Positions 35,171 through 46,431 of a stretch of DNA of 64,000 nucleotides are shown here, piece by piece (the first letter of the stretch is position 1; every line of letters starts with the position of its first letter). The DNA is taken from contig OX337235.1 of NCBI GenBank assembly GCA_946965045.2, positions 3,472,001 through 3,536,000 of the forward strand. Direction: 5' to 3'. The notes beneath the pieces were generated by a model. It saw only the letters and a program-made list of their open reading frames with translations. It was not told the DNA's origin and did no database searches. The stretch is from Epithemia pelagica. Lineage: Eukaryota > Protista > Bacillariophyta. The position numbers were made by a program, and so were the translations under genes.

Positions 35171-36853
35171 TGTGAAGGAACAGTGGTGTGTCTTTCTTGG
35201 AAAACTGAAAATTATGAACTCGAGATTGTGTGGAACCTGGAAAGGGCAACTTCTCATTCGAGAGAAGCAAGTTGATGGTTGGTTCGCAATATGTTGTTGT
35301 TGGTTGCCTATGATCTTTAAGGAGACTTCTTTGACATGCGCAAGAACAGGAGAGGAGACAACAAGTAATAGCAGTACGTAGTAATGAGGATGAGCTTTGG
35401 TCACGAATAGAAGGCAAGGACAACCTTGCTTCAAAATATGGGATGCTCTGATTTCCACGTCGGGAAAATAGGTGTTTTTCAAAAGATTGTAGGGATACCA
35501 TCCATGGATTTGTTACTGAGGGCAATTGTAGTTTATTTGTGGATCATTCAGACGCTGTCGGACGTGTCACCCACTGCAAATGGGTGATAACGGGGTGACT
35601 TCATCGACAAAAAGGGGCTATGCATCAAAATACACTTACCAATAGAGTAGTTTTATATACTCTCCCTCAACTTTATTAATAATAAGGGGGAAATGATTCC
35701 ACTTTTGGGGGTGATTTCGTGGGTTGAGAAGGGGATTCCCATCGGACTGCGTGGGACCTTTGGTTGGGTGCAGAAATGGCATTGAATCACGAATATCCGC
35801 TGAGTGAATCATTCGTGACTCAGTGTCGCAATATGCAGACCGACACGCTTTTGGGATATGTCCAAAGCCCTTGCTCCGAACAGCTGGCGATGAACCATGA
35901 TTCCAAACGGTGATTGAAGTTATCAGGTAAGAGTATTAGTTCCAATTTCCAATATTTGCCTGGAACCGCTCCAATGATCGACAGAGAGAAGGCAATACTT
36001 CCAAGCTGGACTCAATCCTGAAGGGCTATACTTCATTCTCGGACGATACGTGACTGATAAGGACAATGCACTTACGCGCACGGCGAGATCACATTGTTGG
36101 GTTTTCAAAAAGCCCTCATAACCTCGCTGAGGAATGTCGATCGTTCTTCTGTCGACACATGAGACGATCCCGCAGACACAAGACCCGGCTACAGACAGTT
36201 ACACTCAAGGCTATGGGGTAAAGAATGGAGGGGTAGACTGCCTGCAGCAGTCTTTTGTTGTGTGATTTTTGATGCACGAGTGGTGGCACAGCGAGTGTCG
36301 ACATTGTTATCCGTTATCGAAGTGGACCGAATCGCAAGTTGGAATGAAAAGCAGACAGCTGACTAGGTAGGTAGTCTTGATGGCTGTTGGAGATGCCAGT
36401 TTCTCTAGGTAGGTTCCATGATAGACGAACGCAATGGGGCCTTTCTTACACCTCAGTGTGACTAATAATGACCTACCCAAACTCTCTAGGTTCCGTGATA
36501 CGAAAGGAATGATCCTGGGTATGCCTTAGGGTGTCTAAGAATTCCCTACACAAACACAATGTGTTGCGACTACTACTTGTCTGAACTACATGTAGTCTTG
36601 TGTCTCTTCAAAGAATTCGATCCATTGTCATGGCGTCTGTTCACACAACAACTGACACACGGATTGACTCAGAAACACACAAAAAGTCCCGTAGCAACAG
36701 TTTAGTTTCCATTTTTCTGGAACGCCCCATGGAACCGTCGACTCGCGCATGAATTGCACCCCAAGGATAGCAGTAGAACTGGTAGTGTCGTGTCATTGTG
36801 GTTGTGTCCACCGTCTCTGGTACACTCGTGAAATCATGATTCTTCTTTTTTTT

Positions 36854-38500
36854 CTAAATCATGCCCAAATCCTGGAGAATGGTATATGCTCGTTCTCCGA
36901 GATTTGGAATGGCGGCATATTTCGCCGCCAACCGTGCTTCTTCCTCGGGGGATTTGGGTTGTCGTCGACGTTCCTCGACCAACTCGTCTCGGGTGGGAAC
37001 GGAATCGTCCTCTTCTTCGTCTTTGTCTGGTTGGACTGGTAAATCGGGTGTCGTGGATTCCACAATGGGTTCCTTCTTGTCGTCGTTATCGTCGACGACG
37101 ACAGGAACGGCCTCGGTGCTGGATTCGACCACCCGTGATGGTTCCGTCATTCTTGCCACCGCATCGCCCTCGCGATCCTTCTCCTCAAATGTTTCCTTTT
37201 CCGAGACCAACTCAGACTCGGGTTCTTGTTGGGATACTTGTGGTGTTTTCATTGTGGAATCCTCGTCTTGTTCTTGTTCTTCCAAGAGTCTCAAGACGGC
37301 CCGTCGCAATTCACGGGCCGTCGTGGCAATGGCCGGCAAGGCCAGGGGCACCGACACGGTGGTGGTAACCGGAGGAATGATGTCGTCCGTGTTGGTGTCC
37401 TTGTCATAAGTGTCGTTGGTGTCGTTGTTAGTCTCGTTGTTGTTGTCGTCTAGCAACGCTCCGCGCACCACCAGGCCGGCCGGTCCCACAGCCACCACCA
37501 TGGCCATGGCGACGCTTGTGGTGGTATTGGGAGAGGACAGGGATTGCTGGACCCATCGACACCGTTCGGTTAGAAACTCGTCGTCATTCAACAAGCGCAA
37601 GAGGGTTTGACATTCCTCTTGCACTTCAACATTCGTGGCAGTGGCCGGAATCCACCAGTCGGGCAACAATTCGTCGGCCGACCGGGAGGTTGATTCCAAG
37701 AGCAATTGCTGTCCGAGCACGGCTTGTTGCTGTCGCCGGGCCCTTGTTTGCAACACGTCTTGGGCCTGACGTTCCAATTGTTGCAAATTGTTCCAGAGTC
37801 CATTCCATGCCACGTCAAAGACAGTAGTAGTAGTATTGCTATGGTCGTCATTATTGTGGTCCTCCACGGCCAGCGGTTCTGGCAAGGTGAGGGGTACCAC
37901 GACTTGGGCCATTTGTTGTTGTGATTGTGGTTCTGGTTGCGGCGCATCGCGATTCGACGTGGCCACCGATATGACCAAGTCGAGGTGGGTGGCCGTGACG
38001 CGTTGCACCATGGGTACCTCCAAGATTGCTTTGGGCGAAACGATCAAGGCGGCATTGTGCGGTGGCGGACAATAGGCTTGGACCAAGGTGACCAACACGT
38101 GGGGTGGCACGTGTTGTTGGACGGCGGCTTGCAAGGCTTGTTGGACAGACGGTGAGGAGAGGCAAGAAGAGGAAGAGTCGTCGTCGTCGAGGGACGAACC
38201 CAGATTGGTTGGTGGGTTCTCGTCTTGGTCATCGGTATTGATGCGAGTTCCGTCGGGGCCATAAATCAAGGCCGATAGAATCACTTTTTGCTGTCGTTGC
38301 TGTCGTTGTGGTTGTGAATGGTGGAGGACTAGTGAAAACATGGGAGTCGTCGTCGTCGTGGTGGTCCATGCCCGAATACAAGGAACCAGACACCCCCAAC
38401 ACCAAACCAGTAGTAGGAATGGGAGAACCCAACGACTCCATCCACCACGGACCGTATTCGGACGACGACACGACCTCGTTTTGGGTGGTCCAACTCTCAT
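36854..38500 (-). CDS. Hypothetical protein, probably plastid-targeted
   Basis: 548 aa. Hydrophobic stretch VLPFLLLVWCWGCLVPCIRA followed by W and a T-rich transit-like segment (an ASAFAP-type cleavage context with W at +1). C-terminal AKYAAIPNLGERAYTILQDLGMI. Confidence 0.7.
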   Translation of the reverse strand: MRVGPPKTRSCRRPNTVRGGWSRWVLPFLLLVWCWGCLVPCIRAWTTTTTTTPMFSLVLHHSQPQRQQRQQKVILSALIYGPDGTRINTDDQDENPPTNLGSSLDDDDSSSSCLSSPSVQQALQAAVQQHVPPHVLVTLVQAYCPPPHNAALIVSPKAILEVPMVQRVTATHLDLVISVATSNRDAPQPEPQSQQQMAQVVVPLTLPEPLAVEDHNNDDHSNTTTTVFDVAWNGLWNNLQQLERQAQDVLQTRARRQQQAVLGQQLLLESTSRSADELLPDWWIPATATNVEVQEECQTLLRLLNDDEFLTERCRWVQQSLSSPNTTTSVAMAMVVAVGPAGLVVRGALLDDNNNETNNDTNDTYDKDTNTDDIIPPVTTTVSVPLALPAIATTARELRRAVLRLLEEQEQDEDSTMKTPQVSQQEPESELVSEKETFEEKDREGDAVARMTEPSRVVESSTEAVPVVVDDNDDKKEPIVESTTPDLPVQPDKDEEEDDSVPTRDELVEERRRQPKSPEEEARLAAKYAAIPNLGERAYTILQDLGMI

Positions 38501-39729
38501 CCTCCTTGGTGTGATCGATCTACGATCTATACATACACAAGACAGGGCTTTTCTCCTTCTTCTTCTATCCGCTATGTACTGGTCAGAAGATTTTGTGGAT
38601 CTACGTCTATCCTACGTAGCCCAGTACCAGAAGCCTGGTCATTTCTGGTCAATTTGGTCATTCCTGGTCAATTTTAGACGAGGCATGGCGTGCGCGGGCA
38701 CGGACACTCAGGCATGAAAGTGACTGTCGCACGACAACGTGAGCCGATCAGACCATCTCGCCGAGCCCCACCCCATAAACAAGAACCCAAAATGCTATCT
38801 CTATCTCTCGATTCTCAATTGTCTCATTTTTTCCGAAGAACAAAGAAAGCGAACCCTGGGGATGGATCCAATACATGCAACAATCAAACAAAGCTGTCAA
38901 CACTACTTTATGAGGTAGAAAATGAGGACATCCTGTTACAAAGGATCCTGCATCCTGCATGGAAAAGCGAAAACTCTTGACCATCTATTCTACTTGGGAT
39001 TGTAGCCTCTCGGCTTGGCTACCTACAAAAGATGGGCTTAGGTAGATCGTCACAGTTCATGCAATAAAATATGGATCCATCCATGTCCACAACAAGCTGG
39101 AATGTGTGAATTGGAAACTGGTAGCTTTTCCGTTTCCAGTTTCCAATCAATAGATATACTCCTAGCTAATGCTACTGGTCGTCTCTAGCTAGGAGTACCT
39201 AGCTAGCTTATCCTTTACCTAGCTAGATGAGCCTAGTATAGGTAGCGATCCTGAGTCCCGTATCGTAGTACGGGAGTATACATACTCGTACTCGTAGGGT
39301 TCAGTCAGAGTCAGAATGGTTGGGACGGGATCCCAATCCCATCGGGCGTGGGGTGGGGGGTGCTGATTTTAGATCGGCTTAAATAAAATCCCACCTACGC
39401 GGAAAATGTCGGCGCGCTCTATAATGGCCTCTCCGACTCTAACCTAAAAAGTACAAAAAATTGACCAGAATTGACCAGCGCCAGAATAGGATCTTCTTTC
39501 TGCACAACCAGGGCGACTCGTGTGCGTCCACAACTAATACAAGGAGCGTAACCAGACAGAGGGAACTGCAAAAGTCTTCTTTGGTTGAAGAACATTTTTT
39601 TTTCGCCCTGTTTTTGATCTTACGTCATGGTCGGTGGACATGGAACGGACGACGCAAAGACGTAATGGAGTCGTGGTTACGACAGCGCCCGCGTGCACCG
39701 TGAGCTTTGCCTTTGCAGGAATCTCGATG

Positions 39730-39834
39730 TACCCCCCAAGCAGTGGTGAGTGAGTCCGGCGTGATGCGCTTGTATTCCGATACAAACAGTGTATTCTATC
39801 ACTAATCCTCATGACTCACCCCCGCTGGGGGATA
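39730..39834. mobile_element. 105-bp miniature (MITE-like) member of the AcademH-like family
   Basis: TACCCCCCAAGCAGTGGTGAGT ... ACTCACCCCCGCTGGGGGATA. 10-bp TSD AATCTCGATG at 39720-39729 and 39835-39844. Shares TCACTAATCCTCATGACTCACCCCCGCT with the right end of the 49334-59530 element. Confidence 0.85.
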
Positions 39835-39890
39835 AATCTCGATGCTCCGTACTTTATTATCAAAACCTGGTGAATGAATCGTCTAATAGC

Positions 39891-39958
39891 ATGACACTGC
39901 AAGAACAAGCGCGACAATCGGGCCTTGTCCTTTGTTGAACGATACAGCGCAGTGGAAT
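39891..39958 (+). pseudogene. Aborted 5' fragment of a Kelch gene
   Basis: ATGACACTGCAAGAACAAGCGCGACAATCGGGCCTTGTCC matches the start of the full copies, then frameshifts and diverges. Confidence 0.7.
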
Positions 39959-40155
39959 TTCGCGTGGGTTTCTTCCTTTACGCGGTCACAATTATTTGTC
40001 TCGCGACGAAAGCTACCGATCGCTCGTGTTTCGATCCATTCCTTTCGTAACGCCGGCAGTCGAGTTTCCAGTCCACACCCATCCGAGGCGCGCACGAACC
40101 TCTCACAATAATACAGTGTCGATTCTCTTTCAGTCGGCAGTCACGGTTTGGAACC

Positions 40156-41298
40156 ATGAGCATGACACTGAAGGAACAAGCATCGCAGTCGGGCCTTGTC
40201 CTTTTGGACGAGACAGCCGAATGGAATGGAAACGATTGGCCTCTTCTTGAGGGAGGATGGCGTTACGATCATGCATCGGTCGTACTGGATCATCTCGGTA
40301 AGGACAAGGATTACAAGAATAACCAGGAACAAACTGTCGTCGTGTTCGGAGGATATCAAACAGGTCAAGGCTGTGTCAACTCCGTTCTGTTATTGAATAT
40401 CGCAAACACAGACAAGCAATGGCGAGAAGGACCAGCCATGAACAAGAGTCGTTGTGCACATGCCGCTGTTGTGTGCAACGGAGAGGTCTACGTAGTGGGA
40501 GGTCGCAATAGAGAACGTTTGGACTGCATCGAACAAATTGATGCCAATGATCTGCTACAATCATCGTTAGCCACAAGCAGCGCACATGAGAATCATTGGA
40601 GGAGATTGAGATGTCGATTATCAACGCGAAGGGATGGATGTTGTGCTGTTGCGGTTCACAACCGATACATCGTTGTAATGGGTGGCTACAGCAATCGTTA
40701 TTTGTCGTCGGTGGATATAATTGATACCAGTAACCACAGTGTCACTGTGGGACCATGCCTTAACGTTCCACGAGGATGGTGTGCCAGTGTGGTCATTAGC
40801 CACCGCATCTTTGTCGTTGGAGGGCATAACAAGCATGCCAATCTTGACTCGGTGGAGTATTTGGACTATGCAACTACAACACCCTATGACAGTGATGATA
40901 TAAAAAAGGAGACTGGTTCAACAGTCATTTCCTTCTCGTCCACCTGGATCACTCATTGTGAGTTGGTGCTTTCCAATCGACGAAGTTCTTGTGCAGGGGT
41001 TGCCGTGGGATCTTGTCTGGTGGTGGCGGGAGGATGCACTCCAACCGTGGAAGTCTTGGATACGAACCGAAACCGCGTGTGGAATCTTCCACGTCTCGAA
41101 AATCCCGATGAAGGCTGCAGTATGGTGACTGTTGCCAATCAAATTGCCGTGATTGGTGGATTTCGTAATGCTTCCTGTGCGACATTACCTCTACTGGACA
41201 AGAATACGTGGTGTTTTCGTCGACTCTGTGAGCAACCTCGGAACGACTGGTTGGGTATCCGATATGTCAATAGAACATCCGGCACTACCTCGACATAA
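40156..41298 (+). CDS. Kelch-repeat (beta-propeller) protein, copy 1
   Basis: Repeated GG/Y/W Kelch motifs (VVFGGY, WREGPAMNKSRCAHAAVV, VYVVGG, IVVMGGY, IFVVGGH). The TAA lies about 20 codons earlier than in paralogue 45196. Confidence 0.9.
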   Translation: MSMTLKEQASQSGLVLLDETAEWNGNDWPLLEGGWRYDHASVVLDHLGKDKDYKNNQEQTVVVFGGYQTGQGCVNSVLLLNIANTDKQWREGPAMNKSRCAHAAVVCNGEVYVVGGRNRERLDCIEQIDANDLLQSSLATSSAHENHWRRLRCRLSTRRDGCCAVAVHNRYIVVMGGYSNRYLSSVDIIDTSNHSVTVGPCLNVPRGWCASVVISHRIFVVGGHNKHANLDSVEYLDYATTTPYDSDDIKKETGSTVISFSSTWITHCELVLSNRRSSCAGVAVGSCLVVAGGCTPTVEVLDTNRNRVWNLPRLENPDEGCSMVTVANQIAVIGGFRNASCATLPLLDKNTWCFRRLCEQPRNDWLGIRYVNRTSGTTST

Positions 41299-41974
41299 TA
41301 TCGTAAACGAATGAGGACCAAGACATGCCATGGTGGTGGTAAAGAAAAGGATTGCACCTGAGATGTGCAACAGATTGCATGTTTCGTGAAAGACGGAGGA
41401 AGCAATATCATGGATCATACTGTCAAACAGTTGTTCTGTGTACGTTGCAAGATTTTCAGCTGATCATGTCACTTCTTAGCTACGTTGTGAATCCTTTTCG
41501 TAAATAAAAAGATGCTGCAACTCATTCTTTACAGGAGTGGCTTGCTGTGTCGAAAAGACGACATTACAAACGGACTGGGATCCAAGAGCAACTCGTTGTA
41601 GCATGTTTGGAAGGCAAAGGATGAATTTCTTTGGAATGTCATGGCGTTTGTGGCAGTCGGATATGCCTAGTATGATGCCAGATTCCTCCTGGTCGTCCTA
41701 GCGCCATTGTCGTGATGCATGCATCCGCCTGCAGCATACTGGAAGACTTGTGTGTGTAGTTGTATTAGCTGGAGGCTTTTCTCAAGAGCGGGGGTGTCTC
41801 TGTCGTCGCTGGTCGCTGGGCTCGTCTCTTTTTTATTAGCGCTCGGTTTCAGACAGAAAATCGAATCTATTACCTACCTAGAGTTCGTGATATTCGTGAC
41901 TCGTTTTTCACCCTACCTGTAGTACGAACCACTTGGTGTGTTTCAAAGGATCCATCATAAATCAACACCAAATT

Positions 41975-42190
41975 TTGTCGTGATTGTTGTTGTTGTTGTG
42001 GTTGTGAATGGTGGAGGACTCGTGAAAAGCTATTGTAGGAGTCGTGGTGGTGGTCCATGCCACGATAAAAGGCACCAGACACGCCCAAAAAAACAGAACC
42101 AACCTCGATTTGGATTGTGCGACTCTCATCATTATCCTTGGTGTGATCTATCTATACTGTGAAAAAGAGGGTCTTCTCCTCCTTCTTTGT
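41975..42190 (-). pseudogene. Duplicated 5' fragment of the 36854..38500 gene
   Basis: Similar to about 38290-38565, e.g. GTGGTTGTGAATGGTGGAGGACT; translation VLHHSQPQ in both. Confidence 0.72.
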
Positions 42191-42493
42191 TTGCGCCATC
42201 CAAGACTCGTGAGTATCCCACTGTAATAAGGAGAAACTCGCAAAAGGTCTTTGGAGGGCTGCAATTGTATGGACATGACAAAACTCTCGGTGACACCATA
42301 TTGCTTTGTCATTTTCTACTACAAGGATTTTCACATGTTATCTCAATAGGCGACGCTGCCATGTAGAAAACCATTCCATGGATCGAGAACAGAATGATTC
42401 GAGTTTTGCCATTGTAGGACATACCTGCAACAAGATGCTCCTTTCTTCTAGTTTCATCCTTCCCTGTTTCACCGCGTCGCGTGGAAATGGTCC

Positions 42494-43624
42494 TCAGGCG
42501 TTTCCTATTAATGTCGAGGTACTGCAGGATGTTCCATGGACATGTCGGATCCCTACTCCTTCCCGAACATGGCACCGCCATTCATGGGGCTGCTGCTCAC
42601 AGAGTCGGCCAAAACAGCAGGTATACTTGTCCATGAGTGGCAATGTCGCACAGGTAAAATCTCCACGCCCACCAATTGTGGCAATGTGGTTGGCAACCCT
42701 CACCATACTAAAGCCATTCTGATTCATTCCACTGGATGCGAGATTCCACACGCAGTTGCGGTTCGTATCCATGACTTGCACGGTTGGATTGTCTCGTCCT
42801 CCCGCCACAACGAGACAGGATCCCACGGGAACCGCGGTGTAAAAGTATCGACATTCCGAAAGCACCAATTTCGAATAAGTGGTCCAAGTGGACGACAATG
42901 AAAGGACTGTAGTAGCCGTGTTCTCCCTTGTCTCCTCATTGTCAATTGCAACGTCCAAATATTCGACCGAGCGTTCTGCGCAGCCACCAACGACAAAGAT
43001 GCGGTGACCAATGACCGCGCTGCCACACCATGATCGAGGAACAGTCATGGATGGCCCCTCCATGACAGTATGGTTGCTGGTATCAATAATATCTACCGAT
43101 GACAAGTCTTTCCAGATGCACCATCCACCCATTACAACAATCAATCGGTTGTGAACCGCAACAGCAGCACATCCCATTCGCGTCGTCGACAATCGACAAT
43201 TTAATGTCGTCCAAGGGCTCTTATATGTGCTGCTTGGCGTGAAAGATGATTGCAGCAAATCTTTGGAATCAATTCGTTCCAAACAATCCAAACTTGACAT
43301 GGAACCTGCAGTGTCTGTTCCTCCTATAACGTAGATGCCTCCATTGCAGACAACAGCGGCATGTTGACAACGTTTCTTGTTCATGGGTGGCCCTTCTCGC
43401 CACTGTTTGTTTGGTTCTGCTAAATTCAGTACAAGAACGGAATTGGTGGCACCTACTTGTTTCACTCCTCCCAACACGACGACCGTATGATCAAGTACGA
43501 CCGTAGCATGACGCTCTCGCCACCCACCCTCAAGAGGAGGCCAGTCATCCTCATTCCATCTTGGTGTCTCGTCCAGCAGGACAAGGCCCGACTGCCATGC
43601 TTGTTCTTTCAGTGTCATGGTCAT
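42494..43624 (-). CDS. Kelch-repeat protein, copy 2 (C-terminal tail frameshifted relative to copy 4)
   Basis: Kelch motifs; very similar to 61343..62548. ACATTAATAGG versus ACATGCAATAGG gives a 1-nt deletion and an early stop. Confidence 0.9.
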   Translation of the reverse strand: MTMTLKEQAWQSGLVLLDETPRWNEDDWPPLEGGWRERHATVVLDHTVVVLGGVKQVGATNSVLVLNLAEPNKQWREGPPMNKKRCQHAAVVCNGGIYVIGGTDTAGSMSSLDCLERIDSKDLLQSSFTPSSTYKSPWTTLNCRLSTTRMGCAAVAVHNRLIVVMGGWCIWKDLSSVDIIDTSNHTVMEGPSMTVPRSWCGSAVIGHRIFVVGGCAERSVEYLDVAIDNEETRENTATTVLSLSSTWTTYSKLVLSECRYFYTAVPVGSCLVVAGGRDNPTVQVMDTNRNCVWNLASSGMNQNGFSMVRVANHIATIGGRGDFTCATLPLMDKYTCCFGRLCEQQPHEWRCHVREGVGIRHVHGTSCSTSTLIGNA

Positions 43625-43834
43625 GGCTCCAAACGATGACTGCTGAATTTATGAGGATCGAGACACTGTATTGTGAGAGGTTCTTGGGTTTGCTGCTGCT
43701 TTCTGCTGCTCTGATGGGTGCGGACTGAAAGCACGACTGACTTGACGAAATGGATGGATCGATGGGTAGCTTCGTCGCGAGACATATGGACCGCAATAGT
43801 CACACAAAACGACCTCCAAATCATTCGAAATACC

Positions 43835-44065
43835 GATCTGTCCGTCTTGTCGATATCCACCCAACACAACGACGGTTGGTCCCCTGTTGTTGTTGTTGTT
43901 CTTGTTCTTGTTGTCCTTCGTATTATTGGGATGATGGAGAACAACCGAAGCATGATCGTAACGCCATCCACCCTCGAGAGGCGGCCAGGCATTTCGATTC
44001 CATTGTGCTGTCTCGTCCAAAAGGACAAGGCCCAACTGCCATGCTTGTTCTTGCAGGGGTGTCAT
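43835..44065 (-). pseudogene. 5'-only Kelch fragment
   Basis: MTPLQEQAWQLGLVLLDETAQWNRNAWPPLEGGWRYDHASVV...VVVLGGY, then unrelated sequence. Confidence 0.82.
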
Positions 44066-44218
44066 TTAGTCTGAGCGTGGGAGGAGGAAACGTTGAAGTT
44101 TTGGGAAAAAAGGGAATTGTCTATTCTTCCAGCTGCCGCGCCTCCCCGCTATCTAGCTAGAGGGTCCGGTCGACCAACTACAACTACAGTAATCCAGTAT
44201 GCTGCTGGCGGAGGCATT

Positions 44219-44800
44219 CAAGGTTGCTACTACGTCACGTCACGGGCCACAACCGTGACGTGACGCCGTCAAATAGTGACGGGAATATGTTCCCGTCAGG
44301 TTTTTCCCGTCACTTTCGTCAATTTTGGGATATTGATAAGACAAAAGGGATGTATGATAGAAATATGATGTTTTGACTGTATGTATCATGATTAATGGTC
44401 TCTGATGTCTGCAAATGGTGCCTGAAGTGGACGGAAGCTCCACTTCGTCTCCTTTTCCAAGGATGAATCCCCAAAGTTTGTCCTTGTCCCGTCACAGTAG
44501 TGGTTCTGACATCCAACCACGGTAAGTCAACATCGATCATACACACATAATAGTTATGACCATGCATGATCATCAATGGTTGATTGTTGCTCATTCCTTG
44601 GATCACTTTGGATGCCATTTTTGTGCGTTTCTCGACGTATTTGTTTGCCTACAAAAGATCCACAAAAGATTTTTTTGTTTCCCGTCACTTTTTTCATTCC
44701 CGTCATTCGTCACAGCCTGATGGCCTGACGTGACGTCGTCAATTTTACGTCACGTCACGTGACGTGCGTCAATTGTGACGTCGTCACAGTAGCATCCTTG
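44219..44800. mobile_element. hAT-type MITE (582 bp)
   Basis: TIR CAAGG(T/A)TGCTACT; dense subterminal GTCAC/TGACG repeats; 8-bp TSD GAGGCATT/GAGGCATG (44211-44218, 44801-44808). The inverted paralogous region near 41720-41730 has a single copy of the site. Confidence 0.82.
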
Positions 44801-45195
44801 GAGGCATGCATCCTGACAATGACACTAGGACGACCAGGAGGAATCTGGTATCCTACTAGGCATATCCGACTGCCACAAACGGCATGCATTCGAAGGAAAT
44901 TCCTGTGCGCTCCTATATGTGCAATGATACAAACTGGATGCCTTCGAAACATGCTACAACGAGTTGCTCTTGGACGATCTCAGTCCGTTTGTCAGGTCTT
45001 TTTCGACACAGCCAGCCACTCCTGTAAAGTGTGAGTTGCACCCTTTCATTTACTACTAGGATTCACAACGTAGCTAAGAAGAGACAGGATCAGCTGAAAA
45101 TCTTGGAACGTACACAAAAGAACTGTTTGACAGTACGATCCATGATAGTGCTTCCTCAGTGTTTCACGTAGTAACATGGAATCTGTTGCACAGAA

Positions 45196-46431
45196 TCAGA
45201 TGCAATCCTTCTCTTTACCACCACCACCATGGCATGTCTTGGCCCTCATTCGTTTACAATTTGATGTCGAGGTAGTGCAGGATGTTCTATTGACATAATA
45301 TCGGATACCCATTCCTTCCCGAAACTGCTGGTACCAGTCGTTCCGAGGTTGCTCACAGAGTTTACGGAAACACCACGTATTCTTGTCCATTAGTGGCAAT
45401 GTCGCACAGGAAGTGTTGCGAAATGCACCAATCACGGCAATTTGATTGTCAACAGTCACTAGACTGCAGCTATGGCGGTCATTTTCCAAGAGCGGGAGAT
45501 TCCACACGCGGTTGCGGTGTGTATCCAAGGCTTCCACAGTTGAACCCCATCCTCCCGCCACCACCAGACAAGATCCCAGGGCCCCCACTGCACAAGGACT
45601 TCGTCCACTGGAAAGCACCAACTCAGAATGAGTGGTCCAACTGGACGAGAATGAAATAACCATACCAACAGTCTGCTCCTTTGACTCTTGATTGTCGCAT
45701 GGCATTGTTGTAAAGTCTACATACTCCACAGAGTTAAGTTCGCCGCCCTCGTTATAACCTCCAACGACAAAGATGCGGTGACCAATGACCACACAGCCAC
45801 ACAATCGTCGTGGAACATTCATGGATGGTCCCGCAGTGACAGTGTGCTGGTTCCTGCTGGTATCAATAATATCCACCGACGACAAAAAACGATCGTGGTA
45901 GCCACCCATTGCCACAAGGAATCGATTGTGAACCGCAACCGCACGACATGATCTTCGTCCCGTGGATAAGCGACAATTCAATGTCACCCAATGGATCTTC
46001 TGCTGTGAACTTGTTGAAGTCGAAGATGCTTGCAGCAAATCATTGGCACCGATTCGTTCAATGCAATCCAAATTTGGTCCATTGTTTCCTCCCATAACGT
46101 AGATACCTCCATTGCACACAACAGCGGCGTGTCCAAAACGTGTCTTGTTCATGGGCGGTCCTTCTCGCCATTGTTTGTCTGTTGTGTTTGCGAGATTCAA
46201 TAACAGAACGGAGTTGACAAAGCCTTGACCATTTTGATATCCTCCCAACACAACGACGGTTTGTTCCTGGCTATTCTTGTCCGTACCGAGATGATGATCC
46301 AGTACGACCGAAGCATGTTCGTCACGCCATCGACCCACAAGAGGAGGCCAGTCGTTTTTATCCCATTCTGCTGCCTCGTTCAAAAGGACAAGGCCCGATT
46401 GTCGCGCTTGTTCTTGCGGTGTCATTGTCAT
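45196..46431 (-). CDS. Kelch-repeat protein, copy 3
   Basis: Kelch motifs; closest to copy 1 and inverted relative to it. Start taken at MTMTPQEQ by analogy with the paralogues. Confidence 0.9.
   Translation of the reverse strand: MTMTPQEQARQSGLVLLNEAAEWDKNDWPPLVGRWRDEHASVVLDHHLGTDKNSQEQTVVVLGGYQNGQGFVNSVLLLNLANTTDKQWREGPPMNKTRFGHAAVVCNGGIYVMGGNNGPNLDCIERIGANDLLQASSTSTSSQQKIHWVTLNCRLSTGRRSCRAVAVHNRFLVAMGGYHDRFLSSVDIIDTSRNQHTVTAGPSMNVPRRLCGCVVIGHRIFVVGGYNEGGELNSVEYVDFTTMPCDNQESKEQTVGMVISFSSSWTTHSELVLSSGRSPCAVGALGSCLVVAGGWGSTVEALDTHRNRVWNLPLLENDRHSCSLVTVDNQIAVIGAFRNTSCATLPLMDKNTWCFRKLCEQPRNDWYQQFREGMGIRYYVNRTSCTTSTSNCKRMRAKTCHGGGGKEKDCI

Noticed and set aside
35900-36330. Possible degenerate TE coding sequence on the minus strand
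   Set aside because: Multiple stops, no diagnostic motif and no termini identified.
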